A stretch of DNA of 64,000 bases from sequence record SRR20825019_2087; one strand, 5' to 3'. The position numbers were made by a program, and so were the translations under genes. Positions 50,813 through 59,835 of this stretch are shown piece after piece (position 1 is the first letter of the stretch; each line of letters starts with the position of its first letter). The notes under the pieces are model-generated. The model ran no database searches and was not told where the DNA came from. It saw only the letters and a list, made by a program, of their open reading frames with translations.

Positions 50813-52915
50813 ATGCGTGCACATTCCCTTAATGCACTGTTCGTCTTTCTGCTCATTAGTTTGAGTAGTATTTCTCAGCTTACTGAAGCCGAGGTAAGAC
50901 AAACAGCTCTCAGCAAAGACAAAAATGAATTGATTATAAAAGCTTCCACTCTAATGCAGGAAGGCTATCTATACTTTTCAGAAATACTCATTGACAGACT
51001 CATTGAACTCGACCCGGAGAGTCCTAATTTCAATTATCGAAAAGGCTTCTTGATGATTGAAATCAGAACAGATTATCAAAACGCAATCCCGCATTTGGAA
51101 AAGGCGATTCTAGACACCGATCCGAATTACGATATGTATTCTTCCAAAGAACGCAGCGCGGCAGTTGACGCATATTTTCACTTGGCTACTGCGTATCATC
51201 TCAATGAAGAAATCGCTAAAGCAGAAGAACTCTACGCAAAGTTTAAGTTACTTTCTAAAAAGAAATCCGAACTACTTCCGGTAACCGATTTAAGATTGGC
51301 CCAATGTGCAGAAGCAAAGCGTCAAATGGCGTCACCAGTAAATGTTCGCCTAAAAAACATGGGAAGCGCCGTAAATAGTCAGTATCCGGATTATAGTCCA
51401 GTCGTTTCTTTTGATGGTTCAGCACTTTACTATACTTCTCGACGTCCTTGGATCAATGGCGAAACCGATGAATTTAAAGATCCTCGAATCAACCAATATC
51501 CTGAAGATGTTTATGTAAGTTACATGGATTTTGATTCAACGTGGATGGAACCGGTTCGCTTAGAATTTTGTGCCCCAAATAGAAACGAAGCGACCGTTGC
51601 CGTGAGTTTAGATGAACGAAAACTCTATTTATATGAGGATTCAACAGGAAATGGAGATATCTACTTCACGGATTTCTACCAAAATATGTTTCAAAAAATT
51701 GAGGCTTTACCCATTAAGGATGTAAATACTAAGTATTGGGAAACTCACGCGATGATGGCGCACGATCAAAAAATGGTGTTTTTCGTTTCTGATCGTCCAG
51801 GAGGTTTGGGTGGAAGAGATATCTACTGTATTACCAAAGATTCCAAAGGTAAATGGGGATCACCAAAAAATCTTGGTCCAAATATAAACGGACCGAACGA
51901 TGACGATGCGCCGTTTATCGCCATTGATAATCGAACGCTCTATTTTGCGACGAATGACACACGAAGTATTGGAGGATTCGACATTATGCGCGCTGAACTA
52001 CAGGACGACGGCTCTTGGTCGAAAGCTGAAAATCTTGGATATCCGTTCAATTCAACAAATGACGATATTTTTTATACGACCACTATTGATGGTCGAAGAG
52101 GTTACATGACTTCTTTCCGCCCTGATGGAAAAGGAGAAAAAGACATCTACGAAATCTACAATGATTACTTAGGAATTAAGGACATTGCTGTTCTAAAAGG
52201 AATTGTAAAAACATCCGATGGTCGTCCGTTGCCTGAGCAATTTGCCATCAACATAAAATTGGTTTGTTTGAATTGTGATGAAAACGCCATTGATCGCCAA
52301 GTTTTCCCGAGGTTTCGAGACGGTGCGTTTATGACCGGGTTGAATCCTTGTAAAACCTATCGTTTGGAATACACAGACCTTGCAAGTCAGAAAGAAATGG
52401 GCAGCGATGAATTTACCACTTTCTGCGATACAGCATTTCAAGAAATTTATCGCGAAATCATTATCGATATAGATAATGGAGTAATCATTCGTCCACCAGA
52501 TAGCGTTGTTGTACTTCCACCAGTAGATGTTGTAGAATACAAAAATCTAGAGTTCATGCATTATTTTGGGTACAACAAGAACAAGTTGACCATTGATCGC
52601 GGTGAATTAAAAGATTTCGTAAAAGAAGTTGAGCAACAAATTAAAGATGGACGTGAAAAAATTACGATAAACGTCTACTCTTCCGCTTCAAAAGTCCCTA
52701 CGAAAACGTATTCAACGAATGACAATCTAGCAAAAATCCGTGCGGAGAATATGAAATATGATCTTGTCGCATATTTTGAAAAGAATCAAGATTTCAGAGG
52801 AAAAGTAACTGTAACGATTGTGTCTGCCGAAGTTCAAGGACCAGAATACGACAAAGATGCTGTGGATCAGAAGAAATACTACCCATACCAGTATGTTGGG
52901 TTAAAAACCGAATAA
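50813..52915 (+). CDS. TPR-PD40 paralogue with a divergent OmpA-like C-terminus
   Basis: Colinear with the upstream gene (YPED.YVSY.DF, VNTKYWETH, DIFYTTTIDG, EKDIYEI.NDYLG); C-terminus SASKVPT...N..LA..RA. Confidence 0.85.
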   Translation: MRAHSLNALFVFLLISLSSISQLTEAEVRQTALSKDKNELIIKASTLMQEGYLYFSEILIDRLIELDPESPNFNYRKGFLMIEIRTDYQNAIPHLEKAILDTDPNYDMYSSKERSAAVDAYFHLATAYHLNEEIAKAEELYAKFKLLSKKKSELLPVTDLRLAQCAEAKRQMASPVNVRLKNMGSAVNSQYPDYSPVVSFDGSALYYTSRRPWINGETDEFKDPRINQYPEDVYVSYMDFDSTWMEPVRLEFCAPNRNEATVAVSLDERKLYLYEDSTGNGDIYFTDFYQNMFQKIEALPIKDVNTKYWETHAMMAHDQKMVFFVSDRPGGLGGRDIYCITKDSKGKWGSPKNLGPNINGPNDDDAPFIAIDNRTLYFATNDTRSIGGFDIMRAELQDDGSWSKAENLGYPFNSTNDDIFYTTTIDGRRGYMTSFRPDGKGEKDIYEIYNDYLGIKDIAVLKGIVKTSDGRPLPEQFAINIKLVCLNCDENAIDRQVFPRFRDGAFMTGLNPCKTYRLEYTDLASQKEMGSDEFTTFCDTAFQEIYREIIIDIDNGVIIRPPDSVVVLPPVDVVEYKNLEFMHYFGYNKNKLTIDRGELKDFVKEVEQQIKDGREKITINVYSSASKVPTKTYSTNDNLAKIRAENMKYDLVAYFEKNQDFRGKVTVTIVSAEVQGPEYDKDAVDQKKYYPYQYVGLKTE

Positions 52916-52932
52916 TTTTCGATCTATTATTG

Positions 52933-52963
52933 AAAGAGTTCAATTTGTTGGACTCTTTTTTTT
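52933..52963 (+). terminator. Intrinsic terminator
   Basis: AAAGAGTTCAA-loop-TTGGACTCTTT followed by a T run. Confidence 0.8.
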
Positions 52964-53082
52964 GCTCAAAACTCAGCAATTACACTATTTCTTTCGAATT
53001 GTTTGAATGCCATTCCTAAAGAAATTAGTCTGTTAATGAACTTGCTCCATGAGAAGGAATTATGTCGTTTAACTTTAACTAC

Positions 53083-53200
53083 CATTTAAACACATTCATT
53101 GGAAAACCTCTTTAACCCTTCGTTTATAGAAGGTTAAGATTTTCCATGACTATTCACTGAAGGGTTGTCTTATTCGTTTATAAGTCAACCCTTATTTTTC
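53083..53200 (+). ncRNA. Candidate twin-hairpin small RNA or leader
   Basis: Two stem-loops sharing the apical 10-mer TTCGTTTATA; the second is followed by TATTTTT; TAACTTTA -7-like element at 53070-53077. Confidence 0.4.
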
Positions 53201-53304
53201 ACCCCTTATGATCATTACGCAGTCGACGAAAGATTCACTAGAATTTGATTCTAAATTTTGTTCCCCTGTATCTGATGCGTATATTTGAATCATATCCCAA
53301 TTCC

Positions 53305-54162
53305 ATGAACATTACATTAGAAAAACCGCTTGCCATTATTGATCTCGAAGCAACAGGTCTTAGTATTACGACCGATAGAATTGTTGAAATCGCTATTATT
53401 AAAATTCATCCAGACGGAAGTGAAACGAACTTTTTAAAAAGGGTCAATCCAGGAATTCCAATTCCCGAAGAAGTGAGTGCCATTCATGGGATTTTTCAAA
53501 AAGACATTGCCGACGCGCCAAGTTTTAAGGACATCTTACCTGAATTAGAAGCTTTTATCGAAGATGCTGATTTTGCTGGTTACAATTCGAATAAATTCGA
53601 CCTTCCCCTACTCGCCGAAGAAATGCTCCGAGCAGAAAGTAGTTTAGACATCTCTGAAAAGCGCCATATCGACGTGCAGAACATTTTTCACAAGATGGAG
53701 CAACGAACCTTAGTAGCTGCATTGAAATTTTACTGCCAACAAGACCTTGTGAATGCACACTCAGCAATGGCCGATGCCAGAGCAACTTGGGATGTGTTGG
53801 AAGCCCAATTGAGTAAGTACCAAGAATTGAAACCAGATGTGGATTTCTTAAACGATTTCTCGCGTCACAACGATACAGATCGGTTAGATTTTGCAGGACG
53901 TTTAGCCATCAATAAAGAAGGACATTCAACCTACAATTTTGGAAAACACAAAGGCAGAACGATTAAAGAAGTCGCTGATATGGAGCCCGGATATTATGGC
54001 TGGATGATGGACGCGGACTTCCCACTTTATACGAAGCAATGTCTTCGAAAGGAAATGGAGAAGATCAAATCTGAACGTTCGAAAGCGAAGGCGAAAAATA
54101 AAGCGAAGGAAGAAGAACAAATCCAAAGCAAACTCGAAGCTCTAAAAAATAAGTTTAAGTAG
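53305..54162 (+). CDS. DnaQ-like (DEDDh) 3'-5' exonuclease
   Basis: IDLEATG, IHGI, YNS..FD, AHSA.AD, C-terminal FGKHKG....P.YY.W; start M21 follows TATATTTG. Confidence 0.92.
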   Translation: MNITLEKPLAIIDLEATGLSITTDRIVEIAIIKIHPDGSETNFLKRVNPGIPIPEEVSAIHGIFQKDIADAPSFKDILPELEAFIEDADFAGYNSNKFDLPLLAEEMLRAESSLDISEKRHIDVQNIFHKMEQRTLVAALKFYCQQDLVNAHSAMADARATWDVLEAQLSKYQELKPDVDFLNDFSRHNDTDRLDFAGRLAINKEGHSTYNFGKHKGRTIKEVADMEPGYYGWMMDADFPLYTKQCLRKEMEKIKSERSKAKAKNKAKEEEQIQSKLEALKNKFK

Positions 54163-54163
54163 C

Positions 54164-54775
54164 ATGAAAATCATCTGTATTGGAAGAAATTATGCGGATC
54201 ACGCAAAAGAAATGAACTCCGCGGTACCTGATGTACCAATGTTCTTTATGAAGCCAGACATTGCTTTACTTCGACCTGGAACGCCTTTTTTCTACCCCAA
54301 TTTCACCAAGGATATTCATTTTGAATGTGAATTGGTGGTGAAAATAGATCGCGTTGGAAAAAACATCGCCGAAAAGTTCGCGCACAAGTACTACAGCGAA
54401 ATTGGGTTGGGAATTGATTTTACAGCGCGCGATCTTCAGCAGCAGTGCAAAGAAAAAGGTCACCCGTGGGAAATTGCTAAGTCGTTTGAAGGGAGCGCAC
54501 CAATTTCTGCTAAGTTTATTCCTAAAGAAGAACTTGACCTTTCGAAGCTAGAGTTTTCACTACTTCAAAACGAAAAACAGGTACAAAAGGGAATCTCTAG
54601 CGACATGATTTTCTCTATCGACCAAATCATTTCATACGTTTCCCAGTTCATGACGCTCAAAAAAGGAGATTTGATATACACGGGAACGCCATCTGGGGTT
54701 GGTCCGATTGCTATTGGCGATGAACTTATTGGCAAAATTGGCGATCGAGAAATGTTTAATGTAAGAGTGAAATAA
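54164..54775 (+). CDS. Fumarylacetoacetate hydrolase family protein
   Basis: CIGRNY..H..E, F.KP, DFTARDLQ, GDLIYTGTP.GVG. Confidence 0.93.
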   Translation: MKIICIGRNYADHAKEMNSAVPDVPMFFMKPDIALLRPGTPFFYPNFTKDIHFECELVVKIDRVGKNIAEKFAHKYYSEIGLGIDFTARDLQQQCKEKGHPWEIAKSFEGSAPISAKFIPKEELDLSKLEFSLLQNEKQVQKGISSDMIFSIDQIISYVSQFMTLKKGDLIYTGTPSGVGPIAIGDELIGKIGDREMFNVRVK

Positions 54776-54920
54776 TTTTTTTTCGCGCGGATTGCAAATC
54801 CGCACGTACTCGTACATTCACGTGACTCGTACAATTAAGTGAACTGATCAAATAATTTCGTTGCGCGAATTTCAAATCTGCGCGTACCCGTAACATAAAA
54901 ACATCCGTACTCGTAAATTA
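54771..54920. repeat. Tandem REP-like palindromic repeat (2 units, period about 78 bp)
   Basis: GCGCGGATTGCAAATCCGCACGTACTCGTA (54785-54814) versus GCGCGAATTTCAAATCTGCGCGTACCCGTA (54863-54892), 25/30 identical. Confidence 0.7.
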
Positions 54921-54922
54921 CC

Positions 54923-56659
54923 TTAAATTCTACTCTGATACGTGAACAAATCGTAGTAACGTCCTTTGAGATCAATCAGTTCTTGGTGTTTTCCGCGCTC
55001 AACGATGTTCCCTTCTTCGATCACTAAAATCTGGTCGGCTTGTTGGATCGTACTCAAACGGTGTGCGATTACAAACGTCGTTCGATTTTTCATCAACACA
55101 TTCAAACTTTTCTGAATAAACGATTCGCTCTCTGTATCTAAGTTCGATGTTGCTTCGTCGAGAATAATGATTTTCGGATCTGCCAATAATGCTCGCGCAA
55201 TTGAAATTCGTTGACGTTGTCCACCCGAAAGTTTCACTCCCCGTTCTCCAATGACTGTGTCGAGCCCATCATCAAAACGATCCGTAAACTCCTTTACATA
55301 AGCTCCTTCAACCGCCATCAGAAGTTGTTCTTCCGTTGCATTTGGTCGTGGGAACATAATATTTTCGCGAATTGTTCCTTCAAAAAGGAAATCGTCTTGA
55401 AGTACCACACCGAGCATTCTTCGGTAGCTGGTTAAGCTCACCTTCGACAAATCTTTTCCGTCTATGGTAACTGTTCCGTCTATCGGGTTCAAGAATGTTG
55501 CTGCCAATCCAGCGATCGTAGATTTACCTGATCCAGAAGAACCGACCAATGCCGTGACTGATCCCATTGGCGCATCGAATGAAATTCCGTGAAGAACTTC
55601 CTTGCTTTCTTCGTAGCTAAACGACACATTATCGAATCGAATATCTCCTTTTATCTCATCCAAAACGATTGTTCTTACTTCTGGATTGTCTTCATCTTCC
55701 ATCTCCATTAGCTCTTGCGTACGGTCTAATCCCGCCATTGCTTCACTGATTTGACTACCAATATTGCTCATTTGAACAATTGGTGCGACCATAAATCCAA
55801 GGAACATGATAAAGGATATGAACTCCCCTTTGTCCATTGTTCCATCCATCATAAAATAAGAACCAAACGCCATGATTCCGGCCGTTGTAATTCCTAACAA
55901 AAGTGTGCTTGAACTAGAAATAAAGGCGGTAGCTGTTAAACTCTTTTTAACGTTTTCAAAAAGACGGTTAACCCCTTCTGCAAAGGATTTGTTTTCTTGT
56001 TCTTCCGCGTTGAAAGCTTTGATGATCCGAACACCGTTCAACGTTTCTGTGAGTCTACCTGTTACTTCGGCATTAATTTTCCCTCTATTTTTAAATATTG
56101 GACGAATTCTTCCAAATGCTTTGAGCATTAATAATCCAAAAATTGCCACGGGAATTACTGTAAATAAAGTCATCCAAGGATTTAAATAGATCAGCGCACC
56201 CAAGGCAACTAACGCTGTGAGCGATCCACCGACCAATTGTACTAGTCCCGTTCCAATAATGTTTCTAACTCCTTCAACATCCGACATCACGCGAGAAACC
56301 AATGCTCCCGATTTGTTGTTGTCAAAGAAACTAATCGGCAATTTCAACAATTTTCGTTGTACATCCGTTCTCATTTCGGAAATCATTCGCTGTGCTTCGA
56401 CACTGAGTAATTTCGTCAGTAAAAAAGAAGAGATGGATTGTATCGCAATAGCCACAACAATGGCAACCACAATGATTATTAACATGTTGTAATCCTTGGC
56501 TTTTACAACATCATCTATTAAATAAGGAGTTACCGCTGGGATAAGCAATCCAGATAAACTGCGAAAGACGATTAAAACTAAACCGAGGGAAACTATTTTT
56601 TTGCGTGGCCAAATATATTCTTTAAATGCCCACGAAAAGGATACTTTTTTATTGCTCAT
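54923..56659 (-). CDS. ABC exporter, fused permease/ATPase (MsbA/Sav1866-like)
   Basis: 6-TM domain, GSSGSGKS, LSGGQRQR, ILDEATS.LD, IAHRLST; no C39 peptidase domain. Confidence 0.95.
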   Translation of the reverse strand: MSNKKVSFSWAFKEYIWPRKKIVSLGLVLIVFRSLSGLLIPAVTPYLIDDVVKAKDYNMLIIIVVAIVVAIAIQSISSFLLTKLLSVEAQRMISEMRTDVQRKLLKLPISFFDNNKSGALVSRVMSDVEGVRNIIGTGLVQLVGGSLTALVALGALIYLNPWMTLFTVIPVAIFGLLMLKAFGRIRPIFKNRGKINAEVTGRLTETLNGVRIIKAFNAEEQENKSFAEGVNRLFENVKKSLTATAFISSSSTLLLGITTAGIMAFGSYFMMDGTMDKGEFISFIMFLGFMVAPIVQMSNIGSQISEAMAGLDRTQELMEMEDEDNPEVRTIVLDEIKGDIRFDNVSFSYEESKEVLHGISFDAPMGSVTALVGSSGSGKSTIAGLAATFLNPIDGTVTIDGKDLSKVSLTSYRRMLGVVLQDDFLFEGTIRENIMFPRPNATEEQLLMAVEGAYVKEFTDRFDDGLDTVIGERGVKLSGGQRQRISIARALLADPKIIILDEATSNLDTESESFIQKSLNVLMKNRTTFVIAHRLSTIQQADQILVIEEGNIVERGKHQELIDLKGRYYDLFTYQSRI

Positions 56660-56768
56660 ATCCGAGCCTGTCGAATATCAGACCAAAGTATAAATTCTGA
56701 CAATAAGGCAGTTTAGATTTAAACTAAATGTCCTTAACAGTAATTAATGACACGAAACAAATGCAATA

Positions 56769-57560
56769 TCAAGCACAATTCATCTCCATTTTTGCGTAAA
56801 AACCACTTTCGGAGTCGTCATATTCTATACTTCCTTGCATTACTGAAAGTCTGCTTTCAATATTCTTTAGACCTATTCCTTTTTTTTGCGCGAGAATTTC
56901 GGGTTTAAATCCACTTCCGTTATCCTTGTATGACAGAGTGAGGATGTCAGTCTCGGAATTTGAAGTAAGCTCGATATTGACCTCTGTCGCTTCCGAATGC
57001 TTCAACGTATTCGTGATTAGTTCCTGAAGGATTCTATAGATGTTTAGTTCCTCAGACTTCCCTATTCGACTAACTAGATTCGTTTCAAATCGGCATGTTA
57101 TTCGGCCCGTATCTTGCACCGTTTCCAATAGGCTTCGAATCGCTTCAACTAATCCTAGTTTGCTTAGCACAATCGGACTCAAATTTTGAGAAATCGTTCG
57201 TGTGCTATGGATCATTCCTTCGAAAAATGAATTCATCTTGCCTTTGATCCTTTCCAACTCCGACTCTTCCAAAGAAGTGGAAACTTGCTGAAAGTAAATC
57301 TTGGTGGTAGTTAACATTGCTCCAATATTATCATGGAGATCCTTTGAAATTCGGGATCGTTCACTTTCTTGACTCTCAATCGATGCTTTTAAAAGTTCCG
57401 TTTGATACTCGGACTCTAACAGCTGTTTTTCCTTGTGTTGGATCAACAATCTTCGATGATAAATCACAAAAAACATAATTACCGCTGCCGATAGCAAGAC
57501 AACAATGAGCATTGCTATGATAATTACTTGCAACTCTATTTCTTGACTGGTTGAATCCAT
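56769..57560 (-). CDS. Single-TM HisKA_3 (NarX/DegS-like) histidine kinase lacking a sensor domain
   Basis: QE.ER.RISKDLHDNIG, YRILQE...N.LKHS.A, DNG.GF, GIGL.NI..R; start M20 (57560). Confidence 0.92.
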   Translation of the reverse strand: MDSTSQEIELQVIIIAMLIVVLLSAAVIMFFVIYHRRLLIQHKEKQLLESEYQTELLKASIESQESERSRISKDLHDNIGAMLTTTKIYFQQVSTSLEESELERIKGKMNSFFEGMIHSTRTISQNLSPIVLSKLGLVEAIRSLLETVQDTGRITCRFETNLVSRIGKSEELNIYRILQELITNTLKHSEATEVNIELTSNSETDILTLSYKDNGSGFKPEILAQKKGIGLKNIESRLSVMQGSIEYDDSESGFYAKMEMNCA

Positions 57561-58183
57561 ATTGCGAGTGTATAAAAAATGATTAGAATAATATTTACAA
57601 CTGCGTGTAGTCCCCAAATTGCATAACTGTCCTCCAGCGACAATTTGAGTGCATTATTGATGTAAAAAAGGATCAGATTTCCAGAGAAATAAATGAGTAA
57701 TCCTGAACTAACCCAAAACAACGGATTTTTCTCCACTCTCGAATATTCGGGTTCTCTCAATAACGAGTAAAAAGATGCCAAAACAATAAGAATCATTGAT
57801 ACTGAGAGAACCGTGATTGAAATCGAGTTGAATTCATAAAAACCTTGATAGAATAAGGAAACCGAGATCGAAAAAAGTGAGAATGCAGTTCCAAGCAATA
57901 CCACACCAAGTGTTGAGATTAGTTTAGAAAGCATTTTGTGAAAAATGTTCAACAGCAATAGGAACTCAACAACCGTGTAGACATGATAAATTGGAAGATT
58001 GTTCACTTCCTTATACCACAGCACATTTGTCGCGATTTCAACCACAAAGATTACCAAAAGAAGTAACGCTAACTTTTTTTGAAGTGCTGTGAGTCTAGCA
58101 AAAAAGACCAATGAAAAAAACAGCGGAACAACTACCGAAAAAGCAGAAGTCAACCGAAGAATTTCAAAAAAACCTTTGCTCAT
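57536..58183 (-). CDS. Multi-pass (6-7 TM) membrane protein, probable accessory receptor of the kinase
   Basis: Hydrophobic helices, NNL.IYH.Y...EF and P.FW...GLL.YF motifs; overlaps both neighbours. Confidence 0.8.
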   Translation of the reverse strand: MSKGFFEILRLTSAFSVVVPLFFSLVFFARLTALQKKLALLLLVIFVVEIATNVLWYKEVNNLPIYHVYTVVEFLLLLNIFHKMLSKLISTLGVVLLGTAFSLFSISVSLFYQGFYEFNSISITVLSVSMILIVLASFYSLLREPEYSRVEKNPLFWVSSGLLIYFSGNLILFYINNALKLSLEDSYAIWGLHAVVNIILIIFYTLAIWIQPVKK

Positions 58184-58926
58184 TAATTCTGCGCTTCATT
58201 CCTTCTTCCACATGTAGGCGGACAAGGGCTAGAATACTCGATAAATGTTTCATTTTTTGTCACCTCAATTACACCATGCTGAGCAATATCCTTTTCACTT
58301 TCAACATGTTTAATTCCTAAAATTGGCGTGAATGAAATCATGCTATTGTCCATCATTTTATTCATATCGACACCTGGATACAGCATAATTCCGTTTACTG
58401 ATCCACGTCCTCTAATTTCATTAATATGTTTAATCATTGTCTCTCCGATTTCGAAAAAATGTACCCTAACCATTTCCCCGGTCAACGAAGCGTCGACTTT
58501 CTGCTTTGCTAAAAACAAATCATCCAAGAGACTTGTTTCCATGACGTGCCAATTTCTAGTGATCATTTCTTTAAAAATTCCAGGGACGATATCAGAAAGT
58601 GGGTGAACATCTGCTTTGCCTGGAGCTTCAAACCCACTCAACGGAAGGTAAACGATCTCCTTTGATTCTATAAAATGTATTTCGAGAATAGGATAGAAAG
58701 TAAACTGCTCAGCCTGCGGGTTGGATTTCAACGCTAGCTGGATGTTAATCAACTTAATCTCCTCCAACGCATTAAACTCAGTTAATACCTCTTGCGACAT
58801 CTCAAAATGATACACGCGTTTGTGCTGATTTGTTCTCGGGCACCATTTATGAAAATGATTTGCGAGTTCCAATACATTAGCCTTCTTCCAATTATCAATA
58901 TCTGCAAAAGCTATTTCATTCTTCAT
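58183..58926 (-). CDS. Hypothetical protein with an internal duplication and C-terminal PCPPTC motif
   Basis: 247 aa, no signal peptide, ends FIEYSSPCPPTCGRRNEAQN; TAATG stop/start overlap with the membrane gene. Confidence 0.8.
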   Translation of the reverse strand: MKNEIAFADIDNWKKANVLELANHFHKWCPRTNQHKRVYHFEMSQEVLTEFNALEEIKLINIQLALKSNPQAEQFTFYPILEIHFIESKEIVYLPLSGFEAPGKADVHPLSDIVPGIFKEMITRNWHVMETSLLDDLFLAKQKVDASLTGEMVRVHFFEIGETMIKHINEIRGRGSVNGIMLYPGVDMNKMMDNSMISFTPILGIKHVESEKDIAQHGVIEVTKNETFIEYSSPCPPTCGRRNEAQN

Positions 58927-58956
58927 TTTTCTTTGTTTAGTTTAGTGACTCTATTT

Positions 58957-59610
58957 CTACGCTGAAATGATGTTTTCCCTTACCGCCTTTAAAACAAGAC
59001 CAGCGGAGTTTCTAACGCCCAATTTGCTCAACAAGGTTTTCCGATATCCTTCTATGGTTCTTACACTTAAAAATAGTCGATCTGCGATTTCTGCAGTCGT
59101 TAGTTCTTCAGCTATAAGCGTGAGAATGCTCATTTCTCGCTCCGTTAATTCGTAGTTATTTCCAATAGAAGGAATTCCCCCCTTTTTTTCTTTCAGTTCT
59201 TTAAGAATCACTGTTGACACAAGTGAATTGATGTACACACCTTCTCGATATGTTCTTACAATTGCTTCTTCGAGTTCATCTTTTCCGGTATCTTTTAACA
59301 AGTACGCATTCGCTCCAATTTCCATCAAGTAAGAAATCATTCGCTCTTCTTTGTGCATTGTAAGGATGATTATTTTAACCTCAGGATACTCTTTCTTAAG
59401 TCGCTTGGTGATTTCAATGCCATCCGTTTCTTCCAGTTCTAAATCGAGGAGAATCACATGCGGAAGTCCTCGAGATAACTCCGAAAATAGTTCCACATCA
59501 TTCATTACATCAAACCTTAATGAAACCAAAGGCATAGTCGCCAAAAGTGACTTTATTCCTTCACGAAATAAGGTGTGATCGTCAACAATTCCTACTTGGA
59601 TTTTCTCCAT
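58957..59610 (-). CDS. NarL/LuxR-family response regulator
   Basis: VDDH.LFREG, LLDL, ILTMH, YLLKD, LTERE..IL...TT.EIA..LFLS.RT.E.YR. Confidence 0.95.
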   Translation of the reverse strand: MEKIQVGIVDDHTLFREGIKSLLATMPLVSLRFDVMNDVELFSELSRGLPHVILLDLELEETDGIEITKRLKKEYPEVKIIILTMHKEERMISYLMEIGANAYLLKDTGKDELEEAIVRTYREGVYINSLVSTVILKELKEKKGGIPSIGNNYELTEREMSILTLIAEELTTAEIADRLFLSVRTIEGYRKTLLSKLGVRNSAGLVLKAVRENIISA

Positions 59611-59693
59611 CTAGCGGTGTTAGGTTTATTTATACAAGTACCAAGTTACTAAAACTGAACAAAAATTCAAGAGGAGCTTTGGGATAAATGCTC

Positions 59694-59762
59694 CCGTATT
59701 TCCCACATTTTCATTTTCCGTAGTTATGGTCTGGTGAGAAGGAGAATTGATCCCAACCTTTG
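59694..59762 (+). promoter_or_regulatory. Tandem imperfect palindromes (putative response-regulator boxes) plus a -7-like element
   Basis: CCGTA-TT-TCCCA (59694-59705), CCGTA-GT-TATGG (59718-59729), 25 nt gap, AACCTTTG (59755-59762). Confidence 0.5.
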
Positions 59763-59835
59763 TAGTGTCATCAATTGACAGGTGGATTCTGAAAAACCTT
59801 TAACAGAGTAGGAACAAAATAATCTAACAACAAAA

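Noticed and set aside
54771-54920. Mini CRISPR array
   Set aside because: Only two degenerate units, the inter-repeat segments resemble each other, and there are no cas genes
54923-56659. ABC exporter as the dedicated peptide exporter of the PCPPTC cassette
   Set aside because: It is adjacent and co-oriented, but it has no C39 peptidase domain, is separated by about 110 bp with its own promoter-like element, and looks like a generic MsbA-type exporter. The link is unsupported without neighbourhood data.
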